A stretch of 64,000 nt of DNA from Eledone cirrhosa (lineage: Eukaryota), in the NCBI GenBank assembly GCA_964016885.1, contig OZ024742.1, forward strand, positions 283,340,001 to 283,404,000, written 5' to 3'. The translations under genes were made by a program, and so were the position numbers. Below the pieces are notes generated by a model that was given only the letters and a program-made list of their open reading frames with translations, searched no databases and was not told where the DNA came from. Below, in pieces: positions 1-12,409 of this stretch; within the stretch, counting starts at the first letter, position 1, and the number at the start of each line of letters is the position of its first letter.

Positions 1-62
1 ATATATATATATATGGAAAGTTATATTTAAATTGTTGGGTTACAACTAGTAAATATTTATAA

Positions 63-109
<47 letters not shown>

Positions 110-450
110 TTGTATAATATTGTATAATGGCGGAGATGGTGGAGTAAGTGGTCAATAAAAAAGATATATATATTCATAGGGGAAGGAGGAAAGAAAGGCG
201 TTCGATAAATGTAGAGATGTAGGGAGAAATGTTGAGAGAGACGGGATAGGACTCAAAGTGGGTGGGAAGGAATAGAGTATGAGTGTGTGAATATGTTAAA
301 TAGTGTAAGAGGGAAAGGAAGAGGAAGGGAAAATAGATTTAACCAAGTGCACAGCATCAGTCCGTGACGTAAGCTAACGTTACACGGATGACAGGCGAAC
401 GAATGCGATTGACAATGTTTAAACGTTCGAATGATTGTTTGACTATAGGA

Positions 451-733
451 CCAACAATGGTAAACAACAGACGACAAAGTCTTTGTCGGATTTGAAACTC
501 TTTGTATCGTAATTTTGTATAATAATTGAATATTGAATAAATATACATATATATTTTTTAAGTTACCGATTTCGGTTTTATACACCACAAATATATTTGT
601 TTAACCATGAGGAGATTCACGTTCGACTGATAAAATTCAGCACCAACATGGTAAACAACAGACGACGAAGATTTAGTCGGATTTGAAACTTTGTATATCG
701 AAATTTTTATATAACGATTGGACATTGAATAAA
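451..733 (+). repeat. Diverged ~90-bp direct duplication just upstream of the ATG
   Basis: 451-541 ccaacaatggtaaacaacagacgacaaagtctttgtcggatttgaaact... versus 643-733 ccaacatggtaaacaacagacgacgaagatttagtcggatttgaaact... Confidence 0.85.
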
Positions 734-766
734 ACAAAGTCGACCACAGAATATCAAGGGATAGCT

Positions 767-1261
767 ATGAAGAAAATCACGCGCAGGCCAAGCAGGCGGA
801 TTATCACTACGTCTAAAAGCGGTGCCGGGGACGCCAGTGGAGGCCCTCAGGAAACTGGTGAAAATGTTACCAATTCAGAACAGAAAATCCCAGAGAAAAA
901 AGTTCAGGAGAAAAAGTCTCTCGGACCTAAAAACAATTCTGAACAAAAAAACACCGAACAAAAAACCGCCGACTTGAAAAACTCTGATCCGAAACACTCC
1001 GAACAGAAAACCACAGAGCATAAAGGTTCAGGGCAGAAAACCCCAGAACAGAAAGGTCCCTTGCAAACCAGAAAGGGTTCTGATGGGATTAATCTGAAAG
1101 AAAATAACAAGGATCCTTCTCCTCCTACAAAAGCTATTCCGCAACAATGGACACTTTCCGAGACGTTGTTGTCGTTATGTCAGAAGAAAGATTGGTTGGG
1201 GACCGAGATGCGTATGAAGACGTTGGAAAGAGATAACAAGGAGGTGAACCAGGCGGATAAG
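767..1261 (+). CDS. nompC: Probable first coding exon of a TRPN/NompC-like ankyrin-repeat TRP channel
   Basis: ATG at 767 ([11 protein letters not shown]...), a charged disordered segment, then [36 protein letters not shown] ending at AAG|GTGAGG (phase-0 donor). Downstream the frame runs into T-rich intronic sequence. The segment resembles, from memory, the helix preceding ankyrin repeat 1 of TRPN proteins. Confidence 0.72.
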
Positions 1262-1364
1262 GTGAGGTCTTCATTCATTTTCCTTTCTTCTTCTTCTTTT
1301 TCTTCTTCTAATATATTTTTTTTCATTGTACTGTCTCGTCTGCTTTGTTAGTTCTGTTTTCTTT

Positions 1365-1410
<46 letters not shown>

Positions 1411-1497
1411 GGAGGTGAGTTTTATTGTAGTACAATAAAGAAATGCAGATATCGGATAAGTAGCACTCTACAGTTTGTAGGACTGGAGTATAAATAA

Positions 1498-1540
1498 TAT
1501 ATAAGATCAAAAGATGGAACTCTTTTAACCATCTTTTGAT

Positions 1541-1548
<8 letters not shown>
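1498..1548. repeat. Short hairpin, ~19-bp arms, in (AT)n
   Basis: atataagatcaaaagatgg-aactcttttaa-ccatcttttgatcttatat. Confidence 0.85.
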
Positions 1549-1593
<45 letters not shown>

Positions 1594-1635
1594 ATAATTA
1601 TATATATATATAATATACATGTGTGTGTGTGTGTG

Positions 1636-1785
1636 TGAAGATGCAGGAATTACTTAGTGGTTAAGGAGTTCGCTTCGTAACCGAGTGGTTTCGTGTCCAA
1701 TCCAACTTCCAGGTTTCTTCGACTAAGGCCTTGAAGTGACCAATACCTTGTAAGTAAAAGTCTGTAGACGAATACTTTGTATATG
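1636..1785 (+). mobile_element. Degenerate tRNA-derived SINE
   Basis: A-box-like ttagtggttaagg, decayed B box, and a body like the SINE at 23820. Confidence 0.5.
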
Positions 1786-1890
1786 TATTTATGTTCTTCT
1801 AGTTTAATTTGCTTCTATTTCTTGCCAATAAAGAGAAAGAAGGCTTTTTCAATGAATCTTTGACATCAACTCGGTAAGTACGTCTGCATA

Positions 1891-1922
<32 letters not shown>

Positions 1923-2030
1923 TGTGTGTGCGTGCGTGAGCGTGTGTGTGTATGTGTGTGTGTATGTGTGTGTGTGAGTGTGTGTGTGTGTGTGTGTGTA
2001 TGTGTGTGTGTGTGTGTGTGTGCGTGTGTG

Positions 2031-2235
2031 CAGACCTGTCATCTCTCCCCGTCCCACGAGGAGATCTCCCAATTACTTTGGGGTGGATGAGAGATGTCTT
2101 CTCTTGTGAAAATTAGTATAATTTTCAATATGAAAAATCTCCCCATTTTGCCTTATTTCTCCCTCATTTGCCCCGTTTTGGGGCACTTTTTTTCATGGTA
2201 CTCCCCGTTTAGGTTTTTAGCGGTTGGCAGGTCTG
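2031..2235. mobile_element. ~200-bp MITE with CAGACCTG terminal inverted repeats
   Basis: cagacctgtca...tggcaggtctg; a second copy lies in opposite orientation at 27956-28149. Confidence 0.75.
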
Positions 2236-2284
2236 GTGAGTGTGTGTGTGTGTGTGTGCGTGCATATATATATATATATATGGA

Positions 2285-2322
<38 letters not shown>

Positions 2323-2357
2323 TGTATATATATATATATATATAAATACATATATAA

Positions 2358-2396
<39 letters not shown>

Positions 2397-2466
2397 TGAA
2401 AAATAGACCAAGAAACAGGACTGTCCATCATCAGTGATCTTCTGACTATCATCGGTATTTCTTCGC

Positions 2467-2511
<45 letters not shown>

Positions 2512-2519
<8 letters not shown>

Positions 2520-3289
2520 TCCAGTAATAGTCGATCTCATGTAAAAGTCGACTTCCTATTTGGGGCCAGAAAATCTGGATTTCCCATAGACCTCGCGTAA
2601 AAATTCGACCCTGGTGTGGTAGGTCAAGGTGTCTTTATGCAACGTAGAAATAACACTGTTACAAAATCGTCAGGAATTTAAGGCCAATTTTTATTATTGC
2701 AAATACATGTCGGCCACTAAAAATTTACCCAAACGTATGCCTACTTACTCTAGTGTATTTGTGTTTCTACTTCTCTTAGCTTGCACTGAATTAATCTTAA
2801 ATAACAATACTGCACTCATATTGTACCATGACATACCTGTCATGGGTGTGACTTTAACCAGGAATATGAAAATAATGCTATTGGAGAGTTGTAATGCAAA
2901 ACACGCCGAGTAGGTATCTGCCATGTGCACAGTACTACGGCAATATACAGTAATTATGAGATATAAATTGATTGAATTAAGCTAACCTGTTAAGTTTGAT
3001 GAATACGAGTAAAAGAGAAAGTGTAAATATTTAAAAGAGCTATACAGCCTTGTTTATGGATTTTGTTATTTACTAGGACGTGTCTTTTGATGCATAGAAT
3101 AAGTAATATTATTGTAATTCATTGTGTTTGCAATTTTATTTGTTTAGAGGTCAGTTGGGCTTCTACTACTGATACGATACTTTGGATTTTAGCTTGAATT
3201 TCAAGCCCCTCAAAAGTAATATCCATGTAATAGTCATCCCCAAAAATTTAACCTTAAAAAAGGGTCTAAAAATTCGACTTTTACACAAG

Positions 3290-3292
<3 letters not shown>
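2512..3292. mobile_element. Non-autonomous pogo/Tigger-like DNA transposon
   Basis: Ends tatatactccagtaatagtcga / tcgacttttacacaagtatata with repeated gtaaaagtcgac subterminal motifs, flanked by TA repeats. Confidence 0.5.
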
Positions 3293-3328
<36 letters not shown>

Positions 3329-3554
3329 AATTTATTGTAGTGATTGAACGATGTTCAATGCATGGCCGTAACCAGTAGTTTCATTCCCGTTGAGTGTGTC
3401 CAGCCAAGATATACATGCGCCCACCGGAGATGAAACCACTTGTCAATGTAATAGTGCATCCCATATAATAAATTATATATCAATATTGCATGTATGATAT
3501 AATTATGTATATGTTAATATATTACATATTTTATAATGTATATATATAAATATG

Positions 3555-3647
<93 letters not shown>

Positions 3648-3744
3648 GGAAAAGAATGAAACGAAATTTCATTTCTCACTCATAGTACGGCTGATACTTA
3701 AATGTTTATTAAATTCACGCTCAGGAGAGTGGGGGTAGGTGGGG

Positions 3745-3778
3745 GACGACGTTTCGGGCATAAGCCCTTCTTCAGGTG
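3745..3778 (-). ncRNA. Minimal hammerhead-like motif in the PLE terminal repeat
   Basis: Minus strand CTGAAGA-A-GGGC-TTAT-GCCC-GAAAC-GTCGTC; stem I pairing is weak. Confidence 0.55.
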
Positions 3779-4622
3779 AGAAGTGTGTGGGAACAGAGTT
3801 CAAAAGGTGTGTAGGGGAGTGGTGGAGAGACATATAGCGAAAGGAAACGGTGCGAATGAAAAATTAACAAATAAAGACAAAAAATATAATAAATAAAAAT
3901 AAAGCATGATCAAAATACAAGGAATGAGAAAATTTAAAAATAAAGGCATGATCAAAATAAACTGAAATTAAAAGGGGGGTAAACAGGTGGTGGAAGGGTG
4001 TGGGGTGAGTAGGGGTGGTGGCGGGTGGAGTGGGGAGAGGGAGACGGGTGTCCGAGCGGGGAGGGCTGAAGGTGGTGTGTGTGTGGTTAGGTGTGCGTGT
4101 GTGTGTGTGTGTGTGTATGTGAAAGTGAGGGTTAGGGGAAGAACGGGGTTGCATGTTCAGGAAGGTGTGTGTGGGGGGTGTTTTTGTGGGTCGGAGTGTC
4201 TGTGCGTGTGTGGATAGGGGGGTGGGGGGAGAGGAATCAGGAGGCTGAGGGTGTAAATATGTGGTGGGAAGCACGTGTGTGTGGTTTAAGCGTGTTGTGG
4301 GTGTGGGTGGCGTGTGGATAAAAAAAATTTTTTTGGGGTGTGCGTGTGGGTGAGTTATATAGGTGATGGTGTAAGAGGATGGTTGAAAAGTTGGTAAGTT
4401 CCACGGATGTATGGAGATTTGGTTAGAAGTCAATTTCGCGTGTGGGTAATCCAAGAAGCGGTGGTCGGAAGAGGAGAGATGTGGGGTGCGCGCGCAACAG
4501 GAAGTGGTCAGCAGTGGGAGTGCGGTGGTCAGTTGGTGCTGAGAGGTGGTGGGAAGGGCATAGCAGCAGTCGGTGGAATGGTAGGGAGGCGAGGATGGGT
4601 AGGTGTGAGAGTTGGAGTGAGG

Positions 4623-4663
<41 letters not shown>

Positions 4664-5148
4664 TAGTAGGGGTGTTAGTGGGATGAGTGAGTGTGGAGCG
4701 GGGAGAGAAGGGTGTGTGTGGTTCTATGGAGGGAGTGTGGTGTACTGGTGTGTGTGTAGTTTGGTGAAGAGGTGTTAGTGGGTGTTAGTATACGGGAGGT
4801 GGGGAGGGGTGGAATGCAGGTGTGAGTGGGGGTTAGTGGTGGTAGGGTGTGTAGAGTTGGTGGTGTACGAGGGTGTGTGGGTACGTGTGCGTGGGGTTGG
4901 GGGGTGTTAGTGATGTTAGTTGCGTGTGGGGTGGGTGGTGTAAGTGGGTGCGTGTGTGCGTGTGATAAGGAGGGGGAGGAGGAGAAGAGGGGAGGGAAGG
5001 GATGTTAGTATGTTAGTTGGGGAAGGGTGGTCAGATGAGGGGTGGAGTAGAGGTGTTAGTATTGTTAGTGTGGGGTGGGCGGTGAAAAGGAGGGGTGTGT
5101 TAGTGGTGTTAGTGGGGGATAAGTGTGGGGGAGGGGGGCGGTCGAACG

Positions 5149-6780
5149 CTAAAGGAATAAGGGTGGGGAGTTCAGGCCGGGGGGAGTGTGGGTCTGTAAG
5201 ATGAAGATAGTGCGTTGTTCGACCGTAAGGCGATGGGCGGGTGTTCCGTGGCACTGGAGTAAGCCACAGACTGTGAGATGGCGTGCGGAGTGTCCAGGGC
5301 CACCAAAGTGGCGGGCGATGGGGGAACTGCCCCCGAGACGAATATCCCGGAGGTGCTCCGTGACTCGGTCCGCCAGGCGACGTCCCGTCTGTCCGACATA
5401 AGTCGCGCTGCACTCTGTGCAACGAAGTCCGTAGACTAGGTTGGAGGAGGTGCAGCGGAAGGCATGCCGGACCGAGAGAGAGTGGCCGTTGGGACCCTGG
5501 AAGGTGGTGGTATTGGTGATGTGGGTACAGGTGTTGCAGCGGGACCTAGAACAGGGGAAGGAACCGGGGGGGGGAACCGGAGCGTGGGTTGGGGGGTAGG
5601 GAGCTGTGGACGAGGAGGGTGCGGAGATTGCGTGCGCGTTTGAAGGAGGGGAGTGGTGGGGTTGGGAAGATGTGGGAGGTGGAGGGGTCGGACTGGAGGC
5701 GTCGGAAGAGGCGGCGGATGGTGCGGTGGAGGGGTAAGGTGCAGGGGTGGTAGGTGATGGGGAAGGGGAGACGGTGGGTGGGTGTGCGGTGGCGTGGGGT
5801 GAGGGTGGTGGAGCGGGGGATAGCACGGGCGCGGGTGAGAGCGGTGTAGACGAGAGGGGGGGATAACCTCTGCGGATGAAATGGCTGACTAGGGAAAGGG
5901 CCTGGGACTCGAAGTCAGCATCACGGCTACAGAGGCGGCGGATCCTGAGAAGTTGGGAGTAGGGAATGGAGAGTTTAGTGTGGGTGGGGTGGGAAGAGGT
6001 GAAGTCGAGGTAAGAGTGGGAGTCGGTGGGTTTGAAGAAGGCGGAGGTGACGTGGGAGTGGTGGGAAGGGTCGAAAGCGACGGAGATGTCTAAGAAGTGG
6101 ACGTGGGTGGTGGAGATAGAGGTGGTGAAGTGGAGGGAGGGGTGGAAGGAGCAGAAGAAGGAGAGAAAGGAGTCGAGCTGTACTCGGGTGAGGGTCGTGG
6201 CTCCGATACAGTCGTCAATGTAACGACCGTACAGTTCGGGCGTGGGGCCGGTGTACTGGGCAAAGATTTGGGCCTCAACATGGCCAACAAAAAGGTTGGC
6301 ATAGTTCGGGCCCATTCTTGTGCCCATGGCTACCCCCGTGACCTGTTGGTAAAACTCACACGAGAAGGAGAAACAATTTAGGGTGAGGACCAGCTCGGCG
6401 AGGCGAAGGAGGGTGGGGGTGGAGGGAATGGGGGAGGGGCGAAGGTCGAGGTAGTGTTTGAGGGCGCGAAGGCCGTCGGCGTGGGGGATGACGGTATAGA
6501 GGGACTTGATGTCTAGGGTGAAGAGGAATGGCTGAGGGCCGGGTAGGTAGGTGAAGGAGTCGAAAAGGCGCAGGGCGTGGTTGGTGTCGGAGATGTGGGA
6601 GGGGAGGGTGGTGACAAGGGGGGCGAGGAGGGAGTCGAGAAAGGCGGAGATGAGTTCGGTGGGGCAGTTGCAAGCGGAGACGATGGGGCGGCCGGGGTTG
6701 TCGGGTTTGTGGAGTTTGGGGAGGAAGTAGATGGTGGGGGTGCGGGGGGTGCGGACGATGAGGTGGGAAGAGGTGGGGGG
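5149..6780 (-). pseudogene. PLE RT + GIY-YIG endonuclease ORF, partial, with two compensating frameshifts
   Basis: ORF 5149..6816. Between about 5860 and 5570 the PLE-like protein (YPPSLVYTALTRARAIPR...FKRARNLRTLLVHSSL) is in another frame, bounded by G runs. Confidence 0.85.
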
Positions 6781-7094
6781 GGGAGGATATATGTGTGTAC
6801 ACACAGACGCAAACACACTCGTTCACACCATCTCAGAGTAAAAACAGACTTAAATAGTTATTGTTAGATCAGGTGTTAATATTGATCGAGATTTCCATAG
6901 AGCATGTCTGCCAGAGGATCGAACCTTTCATGGCCACTGGTGTTGCTCCAAATATACTTAGAAAGAACACCCGGCAATATTTTGTAGGTCGAACTACAAC
7001 GTATGAGATGGTTCAATAACATATGCGTAGCTAAACCTTTTTGAATCACACTTGACTACACAACAATGCCCCTGTATGTGTGTGTGTGTGTAAG

Positions 7095-7370
7095 ACCTCC
7101 GTTGGTTCCGCCGACGAGTCATCCAGTTATTTGATGAACAAAACAGATTCATCGTTAAATTGACGTGTAAGTGATTGAGAATTCAATTAACACATGTACT
7201 GTTAACCTAGTTTTTAAGGAGATTTAGTGTGACACAGTATATAACAAAGCTGGCACTTTGAATTACAGTTACAACTTTTTTTGCCAGCTGACTGGACTGG
7301 AGCAACGTGAAAAAATGCTGAAGGACATAACGCGCCGCAGCGAATCGAACTGGCGAGCTTGTCATTACGT
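7095..7370 (-). mobile_element. Degenerate tRNA-derived SINE
   Basis: Shares sequence with 21765-22415 and 30980-31150 (ttttgccagctgactggactggagcaacgtgaa). Confidence 0.6.
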
Positions 7371-7493
7371 TAGTCTCCTGTTTACAATTTGTTAGCCTTC
7401 TCTTTATAATTAAGTGTCATTTTCTCCTGAGTACACAATCAGATACATCAACTGTCCACGAAGAAACATCAATATAAACGCTGTTTTAGGAAA

Positions 7494-9173
7494 GCGAATT
7501 ATAAATACGATGGTGACACAAGAGTAGAATAAAAAAAAAAAGGACAAAATAATAGTTTTTATTTTATATTTCATTATATTTCAGGATTATGATCCCTTCA
7601 TCAAAAGAGAAGAATCGGCGAGCGTTGTTTTTGCAAGCTCTTCCCTACTGTTGTCACCCGGCGGCCTCAGCCGAAATCGACTCAACAATTAATCCCCACG
7701 TGGGTCTGTTGTTCATTGCCATTGCAAAGTCCTGCATTTCAATACTCTGGAGATGACATCGGGATAGGAGAGCTTGTGCCCTCTGTTATTAGTGACTCCT
7801 TGTGGTTTCCAAAGCACTAATGGAGAGACAGCCTGGAGAGGTGGCACGATGGCAGTGGCCAGCAAATCTTACTCTCCTTTTACGTACAACGACAGATATG
7901 CGTGGGAAGTCGGCATATATTTCTTTCAAAGTCAGATGTCGCCAGCTCATTTTCTGAATGCGTCAAAGTAGGCGAGTGTAGATGCCATCAAGGCGCTTTT
8001 GTTGTTTGGATGAAAGCGTCTATGTTTCACTTCCATATAGTAAGATTGGTTGAATTCTTACTTGGAAGAGTCTGATTTTGGTGTGGTTGGAAAGATTTGA
8101 GCACCAAATTCGATCCCTCTTGTTGCAAGCTGACCATGCTTGGGCCTTTCTGGTGGCAAAATCCTTCCCAGATTCCATGATCCAGGACCCAGTATACTTA
8201 AAATCCTCGACCTGCTTCATATTACTGCACTTGATTGCTTTGATGATTTTGCCTGTAGTTTGATATGTACTCTGTTTTACCTTCGTTGAGATGTAGGCCA
8301 AGGGCGGCTGCTTCCCGGAGAGATGTCAAAAGTTGTTGCGCATTTTCTAGGCAATCTGCAAGAAGTGCAATGTGATCCGCAAAGTCAAGGTCATTGAGAT
8401 GTTTAGAGGGGTGCCTAGATCTCATGCGGGTTTGATGGTTATACTTTTGTTATGGATATTGTCCATTGAGGGTTCCAGAGCGTAGTCTAGTGCAATGATA
8501 AAGAGGAATGAGGCAAAGTGTCACCCTGCAGCACACCTGCTGAGATGTCAAAGAACTCTGTTGGGTCAGCAGGGGTTATGATAGTGGCAAGTCGGTCAGT
8601 AGATAGATAACATGTGTAGATCGGCAGTGTAAGTCTGTTGGTCGAAGTGTGACATACGCAGATAGGTGTATTTACAATAGCTAGTCAGGTCTATCTAACT
8701 TAAATATGTTAGTTATAATTGTTTTAAACCTGTTGATGAGAAAATTACTGTTTTTGAAAGTACGCTTCCGCTTATTCTTGTATTCTCCGGCAGAGCTCGT
8801 AGTGGTCGTGTTCCTCACTACAATTCTCCGTACATATATGTATATCCGACATTCTTTGAACAAGAAGTCACTAATAACAGGGGGCGCAAGCTCTCCTGTC
8901 CCGATGTCATCTCCAGAGATTCTGGTATTGAAATCCAGGACTTGGCAATAGCAATGAACGACAGACCTACGTGGAGATCAATTGTTGAGTCGATTTCGGA
9001 TGAGGCCACCGGTGTTAACAGTAGGGAAGAGCTTGCAAAAACAACACTCGCCGATTCTTCTCTTTTGGTAAAGGGATCATAATGCTGAAATATAACGAAA
9101 TATAAAATAAAAACTATTATTTTTGTCTTTTTTTTTATTCTACTCTTGTGTCACCATCGTATTTATGATTCGC
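7494..9173. repeat. ~310-bp diverged inverted repeat (7494-7802 / 8861-9173)
   Basis: Arms are reverse complements and include the RTE 3' end plus ~160 bp of AT-rich sequence beyond its stop. Confidence 0.9.
7655..8590 (-). mobile_element. RTE-clade LINE 3' fragment, decayed
   Basis: GVLQGDTL, LDFADHIALL, FKYTGS, ILLYGSET motifs in broken frames. Confidence 0.8.
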
Positions 9174-9987
9174 ATTGTAGCCCCTCAGTTTCAATGCTGT
9201 TGGAGCATCTATTATTTGGTTATTCGTAACATGGTATTGCCAACATATGTGCAGGATTCTTTATAGTTTATTTGTTATTCATAAAATGGTATTACCAACA
9301 TCTGTGTGGGTTTCTTTGCAGCTTGTTCCTTTCTTTTAATTGGTGTGTGTGTTTTATCCTTATTAAAAGACAAAATATAGATAAAAGAGAAATAAAGGAA
9401 CAGCTAAGAATTGAGCAAGGGAGGGGGAACAACTCAACTCCCATGGCTAAACAGCTTACCTCAGTTGCGCCCCGTGGACAAGTTGGCGAAAGCGTTCTCG
9501 CAGCCTGCTTTACTGCTTTACATCAGACATTCTAGTTCACATGGCGTCTTCCTCGGGCACGATACCATCATCCCTATTTGGTAGAAGACAACGGCAGGCC
9601 TATGATCAAGAACACCGGAAGTCTCGGAAGTGTTCTGACCTTGACATAAACACTACCGTTACCAATACAAAAGAAAAGGCTTCAATAAAAATGAAAATAT
9701 CGTTTCATCTTATTTCCTTCATCACTTGTGGACTCGCCCAACTGTAACGAGCTGTTTGTCTCCAATGGAGCCAACCGTATCAGATAATTGACGAACTAAC
9801 AGAAACTTCCGTTTATTTCACGGTCCACATCTTCATACCCAACACACACTTGACCCAGCCACGAACCAACGAGAAAGCATTTGGATGTTGTTTTTTTTAT
9901 ATGCTAGAAATAGAAGTCAAACCTTCCTCGCGGTTCCTGTTCCAGGTGTGATAATCACATTTTTTTTTCAAACATACTATATCAATA

Positions 9988-10388
9988 AGGCGGCGAACTA
10001 ACAGAGTCGTTAGAACGTCGGAGAGAGTGATGTGTGGTATAGAGTGCTGTGTTGTATAGAGTGCTGTGTTGTATAGAGTGCTGTGTTGTATAGAGTGCTG
10101 TGTTGTATAGAATGCTGTGCAGTATTCGTTTCGGTTCTCTGATCTCTCAGTTCAAATCCCGCCGAGGTCAACTTTGCATTTTATCCATTTGAGGTCGATA
10201 AAAAAAGTACCAGTCTGGTACCATGGTCGATTCTTCCTCTATATCTCTTTCTCATTTCTTTTCTCTCACTCTCTATCCTTCTCTGGAAGAAATCCGCTGT
10301 ATTTAGACCTGGAGAGATGGGCTCCCGCCAGGTTTTAAAATGCCATAGAAACGCTGTGTGGCACCCCTACGACGCCCTCGGGAGTACT
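9988..10388 (+). mobile_element. tRNA-derived SINE, long-tail family, with internal 17-bp tandem repeat
   Basis: ggcggcgaactaacagagtcgttagaacgtcgg, B box gttcaaatccc, shared tail; (tatagagtgctgtgttg) about 4 times. Confidence 0.8.
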
Positions 10389-10986
10389 ATTCTATATCAA
10401 GGACTATATTATCCGTACTATTCTATATAAAGGACTATATTATCCAACAAGTAGACCATTGCTGTCAGCAATAACGGTAATATCATTGAACATATTTAAT
10501 TTTTGGAATCCAGTATTGGTATGTCATATATACCAGAATTACTGGATATCTGAACAATTAGACAAACTAGGAAATTTGCGTTTTGATAACTTAATGATTT
10601 GCATAAGAAAAGCCCTATAGTTCATGTTGATTACTTATGGAGGGAAGTTATTTAAGATTTTAAAAATATTTTAACAATTTATTTCTAGGATATAATTGCG
10701 TAAATGTCCAGCATATGTACAAACGACATACAGAATAAAATGTGTGAGTAACTTTGAAAAAATAACTAGTTACAGGGACAAATATAGGGTTGGAACCCAG
10801 GACCTTGTGATTGGAAATCGAACTTCTTACAGTAACAACATGTTGGTATATCGTCGGCAATCCCTAGTGTGGTATAATTCGTGAATCGGTTGCTCGGAAT
10901 ACAATAGCTATGGCGCTTGAGACACATCGGTGTGTTGTCAGATTAGTGTTTATGTTATCTTACCTCATTGTTAATATATACGAGCA

Positions 10987-11152
10987 CAGCTATGGGCAAA
11001 CTGTGCCCCGTGAACCGCATGTGAATCGTTTCGCTTTCTGTATGGAACGCCTAATTTATAATTTACCTTGAACATATTTGAGTAGTGTGGCTCACCTTAT
11101 AATGAGCCATATGTCAGGAGGTCTAGAGCTAAAAAAAGGTTGCCCATGCTTG
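10987..11152. mobile_element. hAT-like MITE
   Basis: Imperfect TIRs cagctatgggcaaac / ggttgcccatgcttg. Confidence 0.55.
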
Positions 11153-11242
11153 TTAGGTGATAATTCCTCGATTTAATTTGAAGGAACCACCAAGTATTAA
11201 AGAACAATATGGCACTTTAAGTGTATTATTTAGGAGTTAGAA

Positions 11243-11280
<38 letters not shown>

Positions 11281-11553
11281 CCAAAATTAAATTAAGGATG
11301 TCCTGTCTGACAAACATGCGCCATAAACTCTGTAGAATATGTTCAAAGATTCTAATGAATAGATCCGAGCATTTATATCAACTAGAAATCGATTGACATA
11401 TATATATAAAATAAACATATGAAACATCACAGAGGATAGTTTGTAAAGAGTGTAAGCACACATAGCTAGGTAGGTAACTAATTAAAGTTTAACTAGAACT
11501 TCAAATATAGATACCTTTTAAAATGATTATATATATATATGTATATAAAATGA

Positions 11554-11581
<28 letters not shown>

Positions 11582-11589
<8 letters not shown>

Positions 11590-12393
11590 TATAGAGAAAA
11601 ATACTGCAGGTCGCACATGGTAACATGTAATAAAATAAGTACCTCATCAGTGATTTGCCGAAGATCATAGATATTTCATTGCATTAAAAATCATATATCT
11701 CCCTTCGGTGCAATAATAACCAAAATAAGTTATTAGGACAATTAAAACGCGTAAAGCGAGTGAGACAGGAGAACAACAGAAAATATAGCATACCTTAAGG
11801 GAGAAACAAGCTTCAAAAATTATTCGTTTAGCATAAGCTAGGTGAATATATGAGAGCTTAGAGAATAGTACCAACACGAACGAAAGCTATTGAGCAGAGA
11901 GAGAAAAAAAATAGCGTTCGTGAGTGCAGGATGAAATGAAGAGAAGAGGGAGAAAAACAGTGAGTGAGTGAAAGTGTGAGGAAGAGTTAACGGACAAGAC
12001 AGAGGGGGAGAAACAGAGAGAATGGGGGAACAGTAAGAGAGAGAGAAAAAAACACAGAATCGCAGTGGTAAATATATGTATTAAAATATAGAGAAAAATA
12101 CTGCAGGTCGCACATGGTAACATGTAATAAAATAAGTCCCTCATCAGTGATTTGCCGAAGATCATAGATATTTCATTGCATTAAAAATCATATATCTCCC
12201 TTCGGTGCAATAATAACCAAAATAAGTTATTAGGACAATTAAAACGCGTAAAGCGAGTGAGACAGGAGAACAACAGAAAATATAGCATACCTTAGGGGAG
12301 AAACAAGCTTCAAAAATTATTCGTTTAGCATAAGCTAGGTGAATATATGAGAGCTTAGAGAATAGTACCAACACGAACGAAAGCTATTGAGCA
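11582..12393. repeat. 315-bp near-identical direct repeat (11582-11896 / 12079-12393)
   Basis: Period 497 bp, few mismatches, purine-rich spacer, (AT)n on both sides. Confidence 0.92.
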
Positions 12394-12409
12394 ATATATA
12401 AATATATAT

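Larger units (their letters stand above)
3645..6785 (-). mobile_element. Penelope-like retroelement (Neptune-type), 5'-truncated, with long C-rich 3' UTR
   Basis: RT motifs (YFLPKLHKPDNPGRPIVS, LDIKSLYT, GVAMGTRMGPNYANLF, RYIDD), CxxxxCxxC, GIY-YIG (LVYGLRC...YVGQT). The 3' end has a hammerhead-like motif and AATAAA (3705-3710, minus) before a long (AT)n. Confidence 0.92.

Noticed and set aside
683-1351. 222-aa single-exon ORF as listed in the track
   Set aside because: Its start is TTG and the tail after 1261 is intronic; ATG 767 to donor 1261 fits better.
10038-10115. CRISPR-like regular repeats
   Set aside because: Tandem 17-mers without spacers inside a SINE; eukaryotic context, no cas genes.
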